Below, in pieces: positions 16,184 through 24,385 of a stretch of DNA of 56,426 nt. The notes under the pieces were generated by a model. It was not told the DNA's origin, did no database searches, and saw only the letters and a program-made list of their open reading frames with translations. The DNA comes from a virus, in IMG/VR virus record IMGVR_UViG_3300025087_000082, positions 1 through 56,426 of that record, one strand, 5' to 3'. Within the stretch, counting starts at the first letter, position 1; each line of letters opens with the position of its first letter. A program made the translations under genes and the position numbers.

Positions 16184-18268
16184 ATGCCGAACGTATCGGA
16201 ATACGACGATAAAGATAAGTGGATGGGGGCTTGTATGCCTGCCATGCTGGAAGAGGGGAAAGAACAGGACGAAGCCGCCGCCGCTTGCATGAGCATATGG
16301 GGGGAGAAGAAGTCGTTCTATGGGATGTCTGTGGAAGATGCGGTCAAGCACTTCCTGAAAATCGGCGCGCGGCACACGCGCAAAGAAACAGAGGCGTTCC
16401 AGACCGTGCATGACATCATGGTGGAAAACGGCGCTGAGTGTGAAAAGCCAGGGGGTGAAATTCCTATGATGGAGGGTAAATCGCTGGATGAGGAATATAT
16501 CTACCCCGGCGATGCGGTCAAAGCCACGTCATTGGACGGCGGCGCGGTCAAATTAGGGGGTTATCTGATCCGCTTCGGGGATTCAAAAAATCCAGACCTG
16601 GAAGGCGATTACTTCACGAAAAATACCGACTTCGGCGACGCCAAACAATCCGATACATGGTTTAACCACCGTTTACCGATCCGCGTCAAGAAACATAACA
16701 ACATTGAAGTGAAATACACAGAGCCGCTATCCAATAAAGCGACACTCGCCATTGATGACGTTGGAGTGTTTGCCGAGGTGGTGATCGAAGCGCGTAATGA
16801 GTACGAAAAGACAATCGCGGAGCTGGGGCTTGCGGGGAAATTAGCCTGGTCGTCTGGAACTGCATCGCATCTTGTAGACCGCAAAGCAATCAAGAACGGC
16901 GTGTGGGAAGTCACGCGCTGGCGCTTAGGTCTGGACGCGTCGCTTACCCCGCATCCGGCAGAGTTCCGCAAGACCAATCAGATACTGCCAATTAAATCGT
17001 TACTAACTTCTCATGCGGCGTTGCCCGTTGAGGAGGATAACCAACCAAACCAAAACAAACAAACCAATCAACCTGTTACCAAACAAAGGGAGAACATCAT
17101 GGAAGAGTTAGAAATCAAATCCGCCGTAGATAAGGCGGTCGCTGACGCGCTTGCAGAGCGCGAAGCGAAATCCCAGGCGGAAGCGCAGAGGGCGGCAGAA
17201 CTGAAGGCCGCAGAGGACGCCGGGTACAAAAAGGCCGTTGAGGAGTTGAAAGAGCACGGGCCGCAGACTTTCTACCACCCCACTGAGCCGACCGATGATG
17301 ACAACGATGGCATCGGCGCATTCAAGTCCTGGCTCAAGACCGGGCAGGAAAATCAAGGGCTGCTCCGACCTGATTCGTCTTTCGACAACATCAAGGCAGG
17401 CAAGGCCGCCTGGAACATCACGACCGGAGCAAGCGGTGGGTTCCTGGTTCCCGATCCCTTGTACAACCAGATCATCGCCAAGCGCGATATCATGTCATGG
17501 GCGCGGCAAGTCCCTTGCACGTTCCTGACGACCCCTTCCGATCATCTGTTGGTCCCGCGTGAGAATACCAGCCTGACCGATTTTATTTTGACGGCTGAGG
17601 CTGGCACGTACGATGAGAATGAGGGAACCGTATCACAGAAAGACCTCATCCTGTACAAGTACACCAAATTGACCAAGATGAACGAAGAATTCTTGATGTA
17701 CAACGGCACGAACTGGGAAGCCTGGTTTACCAATGCTCTTGGGCGCGCAGTTGCCAACACCGAGAACACCATCTTCACCACAGGTACAGGCACGGCACAG
17801 CCTGAGGGTATCGTGACCGGCGCGACGGTTGCAAATACGACCGCCACGACCGACATCATTCTGCCTTCGGAACTCTCCGCGCTCATCGGCTATCTCGGCG
17901 GCGGGTACAACGTCCCAAGCGAGTCCGCCATGCTCATGGCGAATGTGACCAAGTGGTATCTCAAGGGCAGCGGTGGAACGTCCGCGGTCCCGTTTGCTTA
18001 CGTGCAGACCCCGCAGGATGGCGACTTTTTCGGCTACAAGGCCGTCATCGACGACGACCTTGAACCATATACCACAGCATCGGCAAAGTGTATTGTGTTC
18101 GGCAACTTCTCCTACTACGCGGTAGTCGAGAAGCCGGGCATGGTCGTACAGCGCAATCCGTACCTGTACATGGCGACCGGGCAGATCGGCATCTTTGCGT
18201 CGATCTTCCGCGGTGGCGGAGTGCTTCAAAGCGAAGCATTCTATTACCTGACCAACAAGGCCAGCTAA
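16184..18268 (+). CDS. Fused prohead protease - scaffold (coiled coil) - HK97-fold major capsid protein
   Basis: N-terminal GGYLIRFGDSKNPDLEGDYFTKNTDFG is prohead protease-like. A central Ala/Glu/Lys coiled coil spans about 305-350 aa. The C-terminal ~330 aa are HK97-MCP-like (GGFLVPDPLYNQII...). Confidence 0.75.
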   Translation: MPNVSEYDDKDKWMGACMPAMLEEGKEQDEAAAACMSIWGEKKSFYGMSVEDAVKHFLKIGARHTRKETEAFQTVHDIMVENGAECEKPGGEIPMMEGKSLDEEYIYPGDAVKATSLDGGAVKLGGYLIRFGDSKNPDLEGDYFTKNTDFGDAKQSDTWFNHRLPIRVKKHNNIEVKYTEPLSNKATLAIDDVGVFAEVVIEARNEYEKTIAELGLAGKLAWSSGTASHLVDRKAIKNGVWEVTRWRLGLDASLTPHPAEFRKTNQILPIKSLLTSHAALPVEEDNQPNQNKQTNQPVTKQRENIMEELEIKSAVDKAVADALAEREAKSQAEAQRAAELKAAEDAGYKKAVEELKEHGPQTFYHPTEPTDDDNDGIGAFKSWLKTGQENQGLLRPDSSFDNIKAGKAAWNITTGASGGFLVPDPLYNQIIAKRDIMSWARQVPCTFLTTPSDHLLVPRENTSLTDFILTAEAGTYDENEGTVSQKDLILYKYTKLTKMNEEFLMYNGTNWEAWFTNALGRAVANTENTIFTTGTGTAQPEGIVTGATVANTTATTDIILPSELSALIGYLGGGYNVPSESAMLMANVTKWYLKGSGGTSAVPFAYVQTPQDGDFFGYKAVIDDDLEPYTTASAKCIVFGNFSYYAVVEKPGMVVQRNPYLYMATGQIGIFASIFRGGGVLQSEAFYYLTNKAS

Positions 18269-18279
18269 GAGGTGATAAC

Positions 18280-18717
18280 ATGTCACGCAATAAAAACCCT
18301 GATATTCAGAAGTCGATGGTTGCAGTAGCAGCCAGCGGCGGACAAGTTGGTGCGCTGGTCGGAACAAAGGTCGACGCGACCGGATACTCCCGCGCGCACT
18401 TCATCTTCAATTTCGGCAATGGCGCTGCCACAACCGCCGCACTTTCGGCGGGTATTGGCCCCTGGCAGGCGTCCACATCCGGCGCAACTTACGCCGCTAT
18501 TGCCAGTGCATCCCTGGCCGCTGTGACCTCCGGCGTGCTATCGAGCACCTCGGTCACGCTAGAAGTGGATGTGCCTATTTCGGCGGGCACGCCCTGGTTG
18601 CTTGTCTCCGGTGGATCACTGCTCTCGACAGCCGTCCCGCATTCATGCGTGGTGGAACTGTACAACGGCATCAATCGTCCGCCAACAGCATCCAGCGTCG
18701 AAGTCGTAACCGTCTAA
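18280..18717 (+). CDS. Hypothetical virion protein (Ala/Ser/Thr/Gly-rich; possible decoration protein)
   Basis: AGAGGTG lies before the ATG at 18280. 145 aa, directly after the capsid gene. Confidence 0.5.
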   Translation: MSRNKNPDIQKSMVAVAASGGQVGALVGTKVDATGYSRAHFIFNFGNGAATTAALSAGIGPWQASTSGATYAAIASASLAAVTSGVLSSTSVTLEVDVPISAGTPWLLVSGGSLLSTAVPHSCVVELYNGINRPPTASSVEVVTV

Positions 18718-18727
18718 CAACTGATAA

Positions 18728-18770
18728 GGGGGAGGCGAGCAATTGCCTCCCCCGGAAAGCGTTTTGTTTT
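18728..18770 (+). terminator. Rho-independent terminator
   Basis: GGGGGAGGC-8 nt-GCCTCCCCC stem followed by a T-rich tract (gttttgtttt). Confidence 0.7.
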
Positions 18771-19515
18771 GCACATATTCCACTGGGTTCCCTCATCTGG
18801 CGCGCCGCCTCCGTGGTCGTGCGTCCACTCGTGGGTAAACCTGCTGTTGCCCGAGGGCGCAAAGCGGACATTTAGACAGAGCGGCGCGGGATCGGTTCGC
18901 GTCATCTGGAACGATATTGTGCGGGAGTTTCTCGCAACCGACGCCGAATGGATGTTCAGCACTCACCACGATGTTGTATTTGTCCCTGAAACACTTACGC
19001 GCCTTTTGTCCTGGGATAAGCCTCTCATATCGGCGCTAGTGTTCATGAGACATAACCCGGTCGTCCCGCAGATTTGGAAGTCCTACGACGGCGATGAGGG
19101 CCATTATGTGATGCGGATCAATGATACGCGTGATTGGTTCTACGACCACAAAGAGTGGATCAAGTTCGGGCCGTTCCTAATAGACCCCTGCCCGGACGAT
19201 GCGCTTGTCTCTGTCGGCTTCACCGCAACCGCCTGCACGCTAATACACCGGACTGTGCTTGAGGACATCCGCGCAAAAGTTCCCGACCAGGGAGACGGCC
19301 TGTGGTTCGCCTGCGACAACGAGACTTCGGGCGGCGGGGAAGATCGTCGCTTCTACGAGTACGCGCGGCAAGCCGGGTATGAAGCGTTTGTAGACCGCTC
19401 CTGTATAGCAGGTCATGTAGCTGGCGATATTCCCACATCCAGCGCAGATTTTATCGCCTGGGATAGCGTGAGCGATTTTCATAACACAGGAGAGCCGGAG
19501 GCGGTGGCGGAATGA
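18769..19515 (+). CDS. Glycosyltransferase (GT-A / family 2-like)
   Basis: WMFSTHHDVVFVPETLTRLL, CTLIHRTVLEDI and GGGEDRRFYEYARQAGYEAFVD. TTG start. Confidence 0.65.
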   Translation: MHIFHWVPSSGAPPPWSCVHSWVNLLLPEGAKRTFRQSGAGSVRVIWNDIVREFLATDAEWMFSTHHDVVFVPETLTRLLSWDKPLISALVFMRHNPVVPQIWKSYDGDEGHYVMRINDTRDWFYDHKEWIKFGPFLIDPCPDDALVSVGFTATACTLIHRTVLEDIRAKVPDQGDGLWFACDNETSGGGEDRRFYEYARQAGYEAFVDRSCIAGHVAGDIPTSSADFIAWDSVSDFHNTGEPEAVAE

Positions 19516-20138
19516 CGATTGACTTACGACTGGGCGACTGCCTTGAGATATTGCCAACGCTGGCTGATAAGAGCGTGGATGCTGTGATTACTGACCCGCC
19601 GTATGGAATCAACTACATAAACGGCGGGGGGCGCAATCCTAAGAACGGCTGGCGCGATTTCCGTCCCGATGGTGATTGGGATAAGTGGCGACCAACAAGA
19701 GAGCATTTTGACCAGTTGCTGAGAATTGGAAAGGTTGTAATTATTTGGGGCGGTAATTACTTTTCGGATTGTTTGCCGCCGTCGCAACAGTGGCTGATGT
19801 GGGATAAGGGGCAGCGGGATTTTAGTCTTGCGGATGGCGAGCTCGCTTGGAGCAGCCAAGATAAGGCGGTGAGGATTTTTACTTATTCCAGAGCCGCCAT
19901 GATGAAAGAGAATGGCTTACATCCAACACAGAAACCGATTTCGCTTATGAAGTGGTGTATTGAGATTGCGAAGGCCAAAACTATCCTTGACCCGTTTATG
20001 GGGTCTGGTAGCACGGGCGTAGCTGCGGCGCAATTAGGTTGTGATTTTACAGGCATTGAGATTTCGCCTAAGTATTTCGCTATTGCAGAGAAGCGCATTG
20101 CAGAGGCACAACAGCAGATGATTATGGAGCTTGCATGA
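19512..20138 (+). CDS. DNA N6-adenine/N4-cytosine methyltransferase (beta class)
   Basis: VITDPPYG near the N-terminus. ILDPFMGSGSTGVAAAQLG near the C-terminus. Confidence 0.9.
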   Translation: MTIDLRLGDCLEILPTLADKSVDAVITDPPYGINYINGGGRNPKNGWRDFRPDGDWDKWRPTREHFDQLLRIGKVVIIWGGNYFSDCLPPSQQWLMWDKGQRDFSLADGELAWSSQDKAVRIFTYSRAAMMKENGLHPTQKPISLMKWCIEIAKAKTILDPFMGSGSTGVAAAQLGCDFTGIEISPKYFAIAEKRIAEAQQQMIMELA

Positions 20139-21079
20139 CCATCAAGCAAGTGGAAACTTCAACCGTCGTCGGAACAGTCACCGGGACGGGGAACGCTACC
20201 GTCACTATAACCGCGCTCGGCATGGCAAACACGCCGAAGGCCGTTTCTGTCGCCGTCACGTCAGCAGATACCGCCTCCATCGTTGGTGGGTTGATACGCA
20301 CGGCGCTTGCCTTCGATGTAGATGTGGCGGCGTTGTTTTTGGTCTCAGGCTCTGGCGCAAATGTAGTCCTGACGAAGCATGTCGCGGTCGCCAATGATGA
20401 CACGCTGAATATCGCCATTGCCAACGGCACGTGTACCGGCCTGACCGCCGCGCCAACATCCACGAACACGACCGCAGGAACGGGGCTGACAAACGGCTAC
20501 TGTACGCTCGCGCAGGTGAAATCGTCTGACGTGCTGAACTTCTCGAACACAACCCATGATGAGATTTTGGAAACCATCATCGAAGCCGTCTCGCGCTTGA
20601 TAGACAACAAATGCGCCCGGCGCTTTTTCTCAGCATCCGAAACAAGATATTACACCGCGGACGAAGGCGATCTTGTCTTTGTAGATGACATCTCGACCTC
20701 AAGCGGGCTGACGCTCGTAACGGATGAGGACGGCGACCGAACATATGAAACCACCTGGGCAACGACAGACTACGACTTGACATCGTTCAACGCGACACTG
20801 GATGGCTGGCCTTACCAGATGATAGAGACCACGCCCGAAGGCGATTACTCATTCCCCGGCACAAAAAAGGGCGTGAAAGTCACTGCTTCGTTCGGCTGGG
20901 CGGCAGTCCCGAAAACCGTTGTACTGGCCTGTATCCTGCAAAGCAATCGCGAATACAAACGCTTCAACACGGCGCTTGGACAGGCCGGGGCGTCCAGCGT
21001 TGGCACGATCACTCTAACCATTCCAGCGCTTGATCCTGATGTAGAAAAACTCCTGTGTCCTTATGTGAGGATTACGTGA
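20135..21079 (+). CDS. Head-tail connector (gp6-like) with ~120-aa Thr/Ala/Val-rich N-terminal extension
   Basis: C-terminal part CTLAQVKSSDVLNFSNTTHDEILETIIEAVSRLIDNKCARRFF resembles the phage gp6-like connector. Confidence 0.6.
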   Translation: MTIKQVETSTVVGTVTGTGNATVTITALGMANTPKAVSVAVTSADTASIVGGLIRTALAFDVDVAALFLVSGSGANVVLTKHVAVANDDTLNIAIANGTCTGLTAAPTSTNTTAGTGLTNGYCTLAQVKSSDVLNFSNTTHDEILETIIEAVSRLIDNKCARRFFSASETRYYTADEGDLVFVDDISTSSGLTLVTDEDGDRTYETTWATTDYDLTSFNATLDGWPYQMIETTPEGDYSFPGTKKGVKVTASFGWAAVPKTVVLACILQSNREYKRFNTALGQAGASSVGTITLTIPALDPDVEKLLCPYVRIT

Positions 21080-21083
21080 AAAA

Positions 21084-21108
21084 AGAGACACCCGAAGGCG
21101 TCTCTTTT
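21084..21108 (+). terminator. Rho-independent terminator (possibly bidirectional)
   Basis: AGAGACACC-CGAA-GGCGTCTCT, then TTTT. An A-run lies upstream. Confidence 0.6.
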
Positions 21109-21188
21109 GGTGGGCAGGATTTTTACCTGCATCTTCTTACGCGTCGCTATGCTGTCTCTTACACCACCACCAATAGGATTTTATCACA

Positions 21189-21620
21189 ATGACGCAGGAC
21201 TACACCACAGCGGTAACGGAAGTCGCGGAGGTAGTGGCGGCGGTGGCGGGCATCGGAGCCGCGCCCGCGACGCCGCAGGAAAACATCAACGAACGGATTT
21301 TCGCATTGACATACCTTATGACATCAATGACTGAGATCAGCGAAACCGGGACGATGCAGCACCTTGCTACGATTGCTGTTGACATCCTGACGCCGCACAC
21401 CAATCTCGCATTGAACATCGCCGCGCTTTTGCCGATTGTAGACCTGGTTGACGCGGCGCTTCTGACCGAGATCACGACTACCAGTCGCTTCTTCGATGCG
21501 TCTATTGACACCTTTGGAATTTTGCGCTGGGAATTCCTGCCCGTATATATTTATTCAAGCGTGGATTGCGTAGGTTACCGGGCAATGCTTGAGAACGTGA
21601 AGCAGAAGATAAATCTATGA
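21189..21620 (+). CDS. Hypothetical neck/head-closure protein
   Basis: 143-aa ORF. The call is positional only. Confidence 0.45.
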   Translation: MTQDYTTAVTEVAEVVAAVAGIGAAPATPQENINERIFALTYLMTSMTEISETGTMQHLATIAVDILTPHTNLALNIAALLPIVDLVDAALLTEITTTSRFFDASIDTFGILRWEFLPVYIYSSVDCVGYRAMLENVKQKINL

Positions 21621-22024
21621 CGCAGTTATCCATCCAGATCAACAACGCCGATATTGTGCGGCGCGGTTTGCAAGATTTGTCGGCGGAGATCCCAAAAGTC
21701 GGGCGCTTGCAAATCTACCAGACATCACAGGCAATTGTCCGCCGGATGAAGATTTACCCGCCTGAGCGACCGGCGCAGACATATATCCGCACAGGCAGGC
21801 TCGGCGGTGGTTGGATGATTATACCGAACACGAACGGCTATACCACGCGCAACGACACGCCATACACAAAATATGTCGTGGGCAACGCCTACGGCCTGGA
21901 ACAAGCCTGGATGCACGAAGGGCGCTGGAATCTGCTGCGCGACGTGCAGGAGGAAGAAGTAGCAAAACTTCCGAAGGCAATCGAAGATGAGATCACGATG
22001 GTGGCGCGGAGAGTAGGATTATGA
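21617..22024 (+). CDS. Hypothetical neck/tail-completion protein
   Basis: 135-aa ORF with overlapping start. Positional call. Confidence 0.45.
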   Translation: MTQLSIQINNADIVRRGLQDLSAEIPKVGRLQIYQTSQAIVRRMKIYPPERPAQTYIRTGRLGGGWMIIPNTNGYTTRNDTPYTKYVVGNAYGLEQAWMHEGRWNLLRDVQEEEVAKLPKAIEDEITMVARRVGL

Positions 22025-22224
22025 CAATCCCTGATTTGGCTAAGATGTATGAAGAATATCTGAAAGGCGCTTTGAAATTTCATCGTGTTGTAGCTTCGCC
22101 GCCGATAGAAAACACCGAAGAAATTCAAAGACTATATGAAGCAGGTGACACTGTAGGCGCTCAGAAATTAATACTGGTAGAACTGGAAAAAGAAAACCAA
22201 GAGGCAGGTGAACATGGCAATTAA
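22021..22224 (+). CDS. Hypothetical protein
   Basis: 67-aa ORF, translationally coupled. Confidence 0.4.
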   Translation: MTIPDLAKMYEEYLKGALKFHRVVASPPIENTEEIQRLYEAGDTVGAQKLILVELEKENQEAGEHGN

Positions 22225-22417
22225 ATTACATTACATAGGCCAGGGAGACGCGATCATACACGTACCCGCCCGCGACCTGACGGACGAAGATTTCGCCGAG
22301 CGTGCGGAACTCTGGAAGGAAATTGGAATAGATGAGGCCGGGATACTTGCGAGCGGCCTCTACAAGAAACCAACAGCCGAACAAAAAAAGGTAATAGCGG
22401 CAAAGGAAGGTAAATAA
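22208..22417 (+). CDS. Hypothetical protein
   Basis: 69-aa ORF. Confidence 0.4.
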   Translation: MNMAIKLHYIGQGDAIIHVPARDLTDEDFAERAELWKEIGIDEAGILASGLYKKPTAEQKKVIAAKEGK

Positions 22418-23418
22418 TGGCTGGTCGTAGAAGTTTGAGAAAGTTACAATTTTACAGGGAGGCAACAGCCGGGACAACCTCATCCGCGACGTTTGTTTTT
22501 CGCGGCATCGGGACGATCCTGGACAATATCCAGGTGCAACGTGTCAGTGAGGACATCGGAATCATCAGCGGCACGACCCGCACGAATGTTCCGATGAAGG
22601 GCGGAACGCTGGCAATCAGTCAAACCCCCGCGACATTTGAAAGTCTCCTGCATATCCTGGAAATGAGTGTAAAAACCGTTGCCGGTTCTCAGGATGGCGC
22701 AGGGACGGATTATATCTATACCTATGCGTTCCCCACTACCGCAGGCAACGCGATCAAGACTTATTCCATCGAGAGCGGAGATGATAACGAAGTCGAACGC
22801 ATGGCGTATTGTTTCGTCAAGGACTGGACGCTATCCGGCAATGGGCGCACCGCATATCAGCTACAGGCAAACATCCAGGGGCGCGCCCCTGCCCTGGGCG
22901 CATTTTCGGCTGGGCTGTCCTTGTTAGCCGTCAATAACATGAATTTCGGGTTGACGAAAATCTACCAGGATGCAATCGGCGGCACAATTGGAACAACGAT
23001 CAAGTCCAACACGGTGCGCGGCGTCAATTTCAAGTTCGCATCGGGGATCGAAGCGAAGGATACGGCGGACGGGCGTCTTGACTTTTCGTTCACGCAAGGC
23101 ACGGATTATGTAGTTACCTGTGACCTGGAATTCGAGCATGATGCAATCGCCGCCGCGCAGAAAGTCTTGTGGCGCGCCCAAACCCCCGTCCTACTGCAAG
23201 TCAAAGTCGAAGGTTTAACGGCGTTCGCCACTCCCGGCACGACATACAGCGTTCCCACCCTGAAGATCAATCTCCCCGGCTATTGGGAGAGTTTCTCGAA
23301 GATCGGGGAAGCCAATGGCAATGATATTGTGACGGGTAAATTTGTGTCAGCCTATGACACTACTGCCGCCGCCGCCGGGTCCGTAGTGGTCGCGGTGGAG
23401 CTTAGTACGGTGCCTTGA
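22417..23418 (+). CDS. Major tail (tube) protein
   Basis: 333 aa, upstream of chaperone and tape measure. No sheath gene is present. Confidence 0.55.
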   Translation: MAGRRSLRKLQFYREATAGTTSSATFVFRGIGTILDNIQVQRVSEDIGIISGTTRTNVPMKGGTLAISQTPATFESLLHILEMSVKTVAGSQDGAGTDYIYTYAFPTTAGNAIKTYSIESGDDNEVERMAYCFVKDWTLSGNGRTAYQLQANIQGRAPALGAFSAGLSLLAVNNMNFGLTKIYQDAIGGTIGTTIKSNTVRGVNFKFASGIEAKDTADGRLDFSFTQGTDYVVTCDLEFEHDAIAAAQKVLWRAQTPVLLQVKVEGLTAFATPGTTYSVPTLKINLPGYWESFSKIGEANGNDIVTGKFVSAYDTTAAAAGSVVVAVELSTVP

Positions 23419-23683
23419 GTTCTGGGTGTTCTTTGACCCATACAACAGCCATGTGGTGATGAAGCCAACGGTGATAACTATTTGTGCAAATCAAAAGATT
23501 ACAGTTTCGATTATCAGATTTGTTTAGGTTTATGTGATGAACTATCTTGTTGGTGATTTTTACGCCGCAATACATACACGTTTTGCCTTTGGAAAAATCG
23601 TACTTCTTGGATCGGCAATTGGCGCAAAGTCCATAGTATTTAGGCTTCGGCGCTGGATTAATGCCGCAGATTTTACAAATCAT
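23402..23683 (-). CDS. Small HNH endonuclease
   Basis: CKICG...CANC...CMYCG...HHINLNKSDNRNCNLLICTNSYHRWLHH. Opposite strand, inserted between the tube and chaperone genes. Confidence 0.8.
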   Translation of the reverse strand: MICKICGINPAPKPKYYGLCANCRSKKYDFSKGKTCMYCGVKITNKIVHHINLNKSDNRNCNLLICTNSYHRWLHHHMAVVWVKEHPELKAPY

Positions 23684-23837
23684 TTTGTCCTCTTAAAGGA
23701 GCCAGCCCTTCGCAAATCCGCTTCACTGTCTAGGTGCGCGGGCAAAGGGCTGACATGAGAAACAAAAAGAAGCAGAACCGCAAGCACCTAGACAAGAACG
23801 ATTATACCACACGCCTACGGGCAGAAAGTAGTTTGTA

Positions 23838-24218
23838 ATGTCTGAGGATATACACATTAAGTTTTTGTTCGACGCAAAAACAATAGGGAAGCGCCTGAAG
23901 TGGAAAGATGTAAAAAAGGTGCAAAAATTCAGGCGCTTGAAAGAACAAGGCGAAGGTATTACCGACGAGTTTCTGGAACAAATCCAGATTCTATCCTGCC
24001 GCTTCATGGCTGACGAAAATAATCAGTACATTCCGCAAGACGAAGCGTATGAAATATTTGATGAATTGAGTCGGGATGAAGCGACGGATGCTATCAACAA
24101 ATTTAGCGAAGCACTTGTGGAATCTACCATCCCAAACGCGAAAGGGGGTCAATTGAACTCTACTTCAGAAGTCAATTCCCTGACCCCGCAGACCTCCCCG
24201 GATGGTTCGACGTTGTAG
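23838..24218 (+). CDS. Tail assembly chaperone (G-like, zero-frame product)
   Basis: 126-aa acidic ORF directly before the tape measure gene. Confidence 0.6.
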   Translation: MSEDIHIKFLFDAKTIGKRLKWKDVKKVQKFRRLKEQGEGITDEFLEQIQILSCRFMADENNQYIPQDEAYEIFDELSRDEATDAINKFSEALVESTIPNAKGGQLNSTSEVNSLTPQTSPDGSTL

Positions 24219-24381
24219 CGTTAGCGTTCGCTTTGCATCAATTACCCTGGAAAATCACAGGCGAAAAACCGTCGCGCTGGCGGCGGTATGTATGGCAATT
24301 AAGGCTCACTTTATATATCAATGAATTGAATGCGAAGATAGAACGGGAACGAACGCAGGTAAACCAGCATTTTCAGGAGTG
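23838..24381 (+). CDS. Tail assembly chaperone, -1 frameshift fusion (G-T-like)
   Basis: The -1 frame encodes ...GWFDVVALAFALHQLPWKITGEKPSRWRRYVWQLRLTLYINELNAKIERERTQVNQHFQE and ends 4 nt before the TMP start. Confidence 0.45.
24131..24137 (+). promoter_or_regulatory. Candidate -1 programmed frameshift heptamer C_CCA_AAC
   Basis: X_XXY_YYZ in the zero frame (atC CCA AAC). The -1 frame stays open to the TGA at 24379..24381, just before the TMP start. Confidence 0.45.
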
Positions 24382-24385
24382 ATAC

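Noticed and set aside
17633-18367. A 244-aa minus-strand ORF. The similar long antisense ORFs at 3710..4339, 9389..10030, 25639..26268 and 48687..49289 belong in the same category.
   Set aside because: All lie opposite well-supported plus-strand genes (capsid, portal/fibre, methyltransferase, tape measure, lysis-region genes). They have no RBS and have biased shadow-frame composition.
24143-24149. AAAGGGG might be the tail-chaperone slippery site.
   Set aside because: It is phased XXX_YYY_Z in the zero frame, and a -1 slip there hits a stop after 4 codons. CCCAAAC at 24131 is correctly phased and leads into the long open -1 frame.
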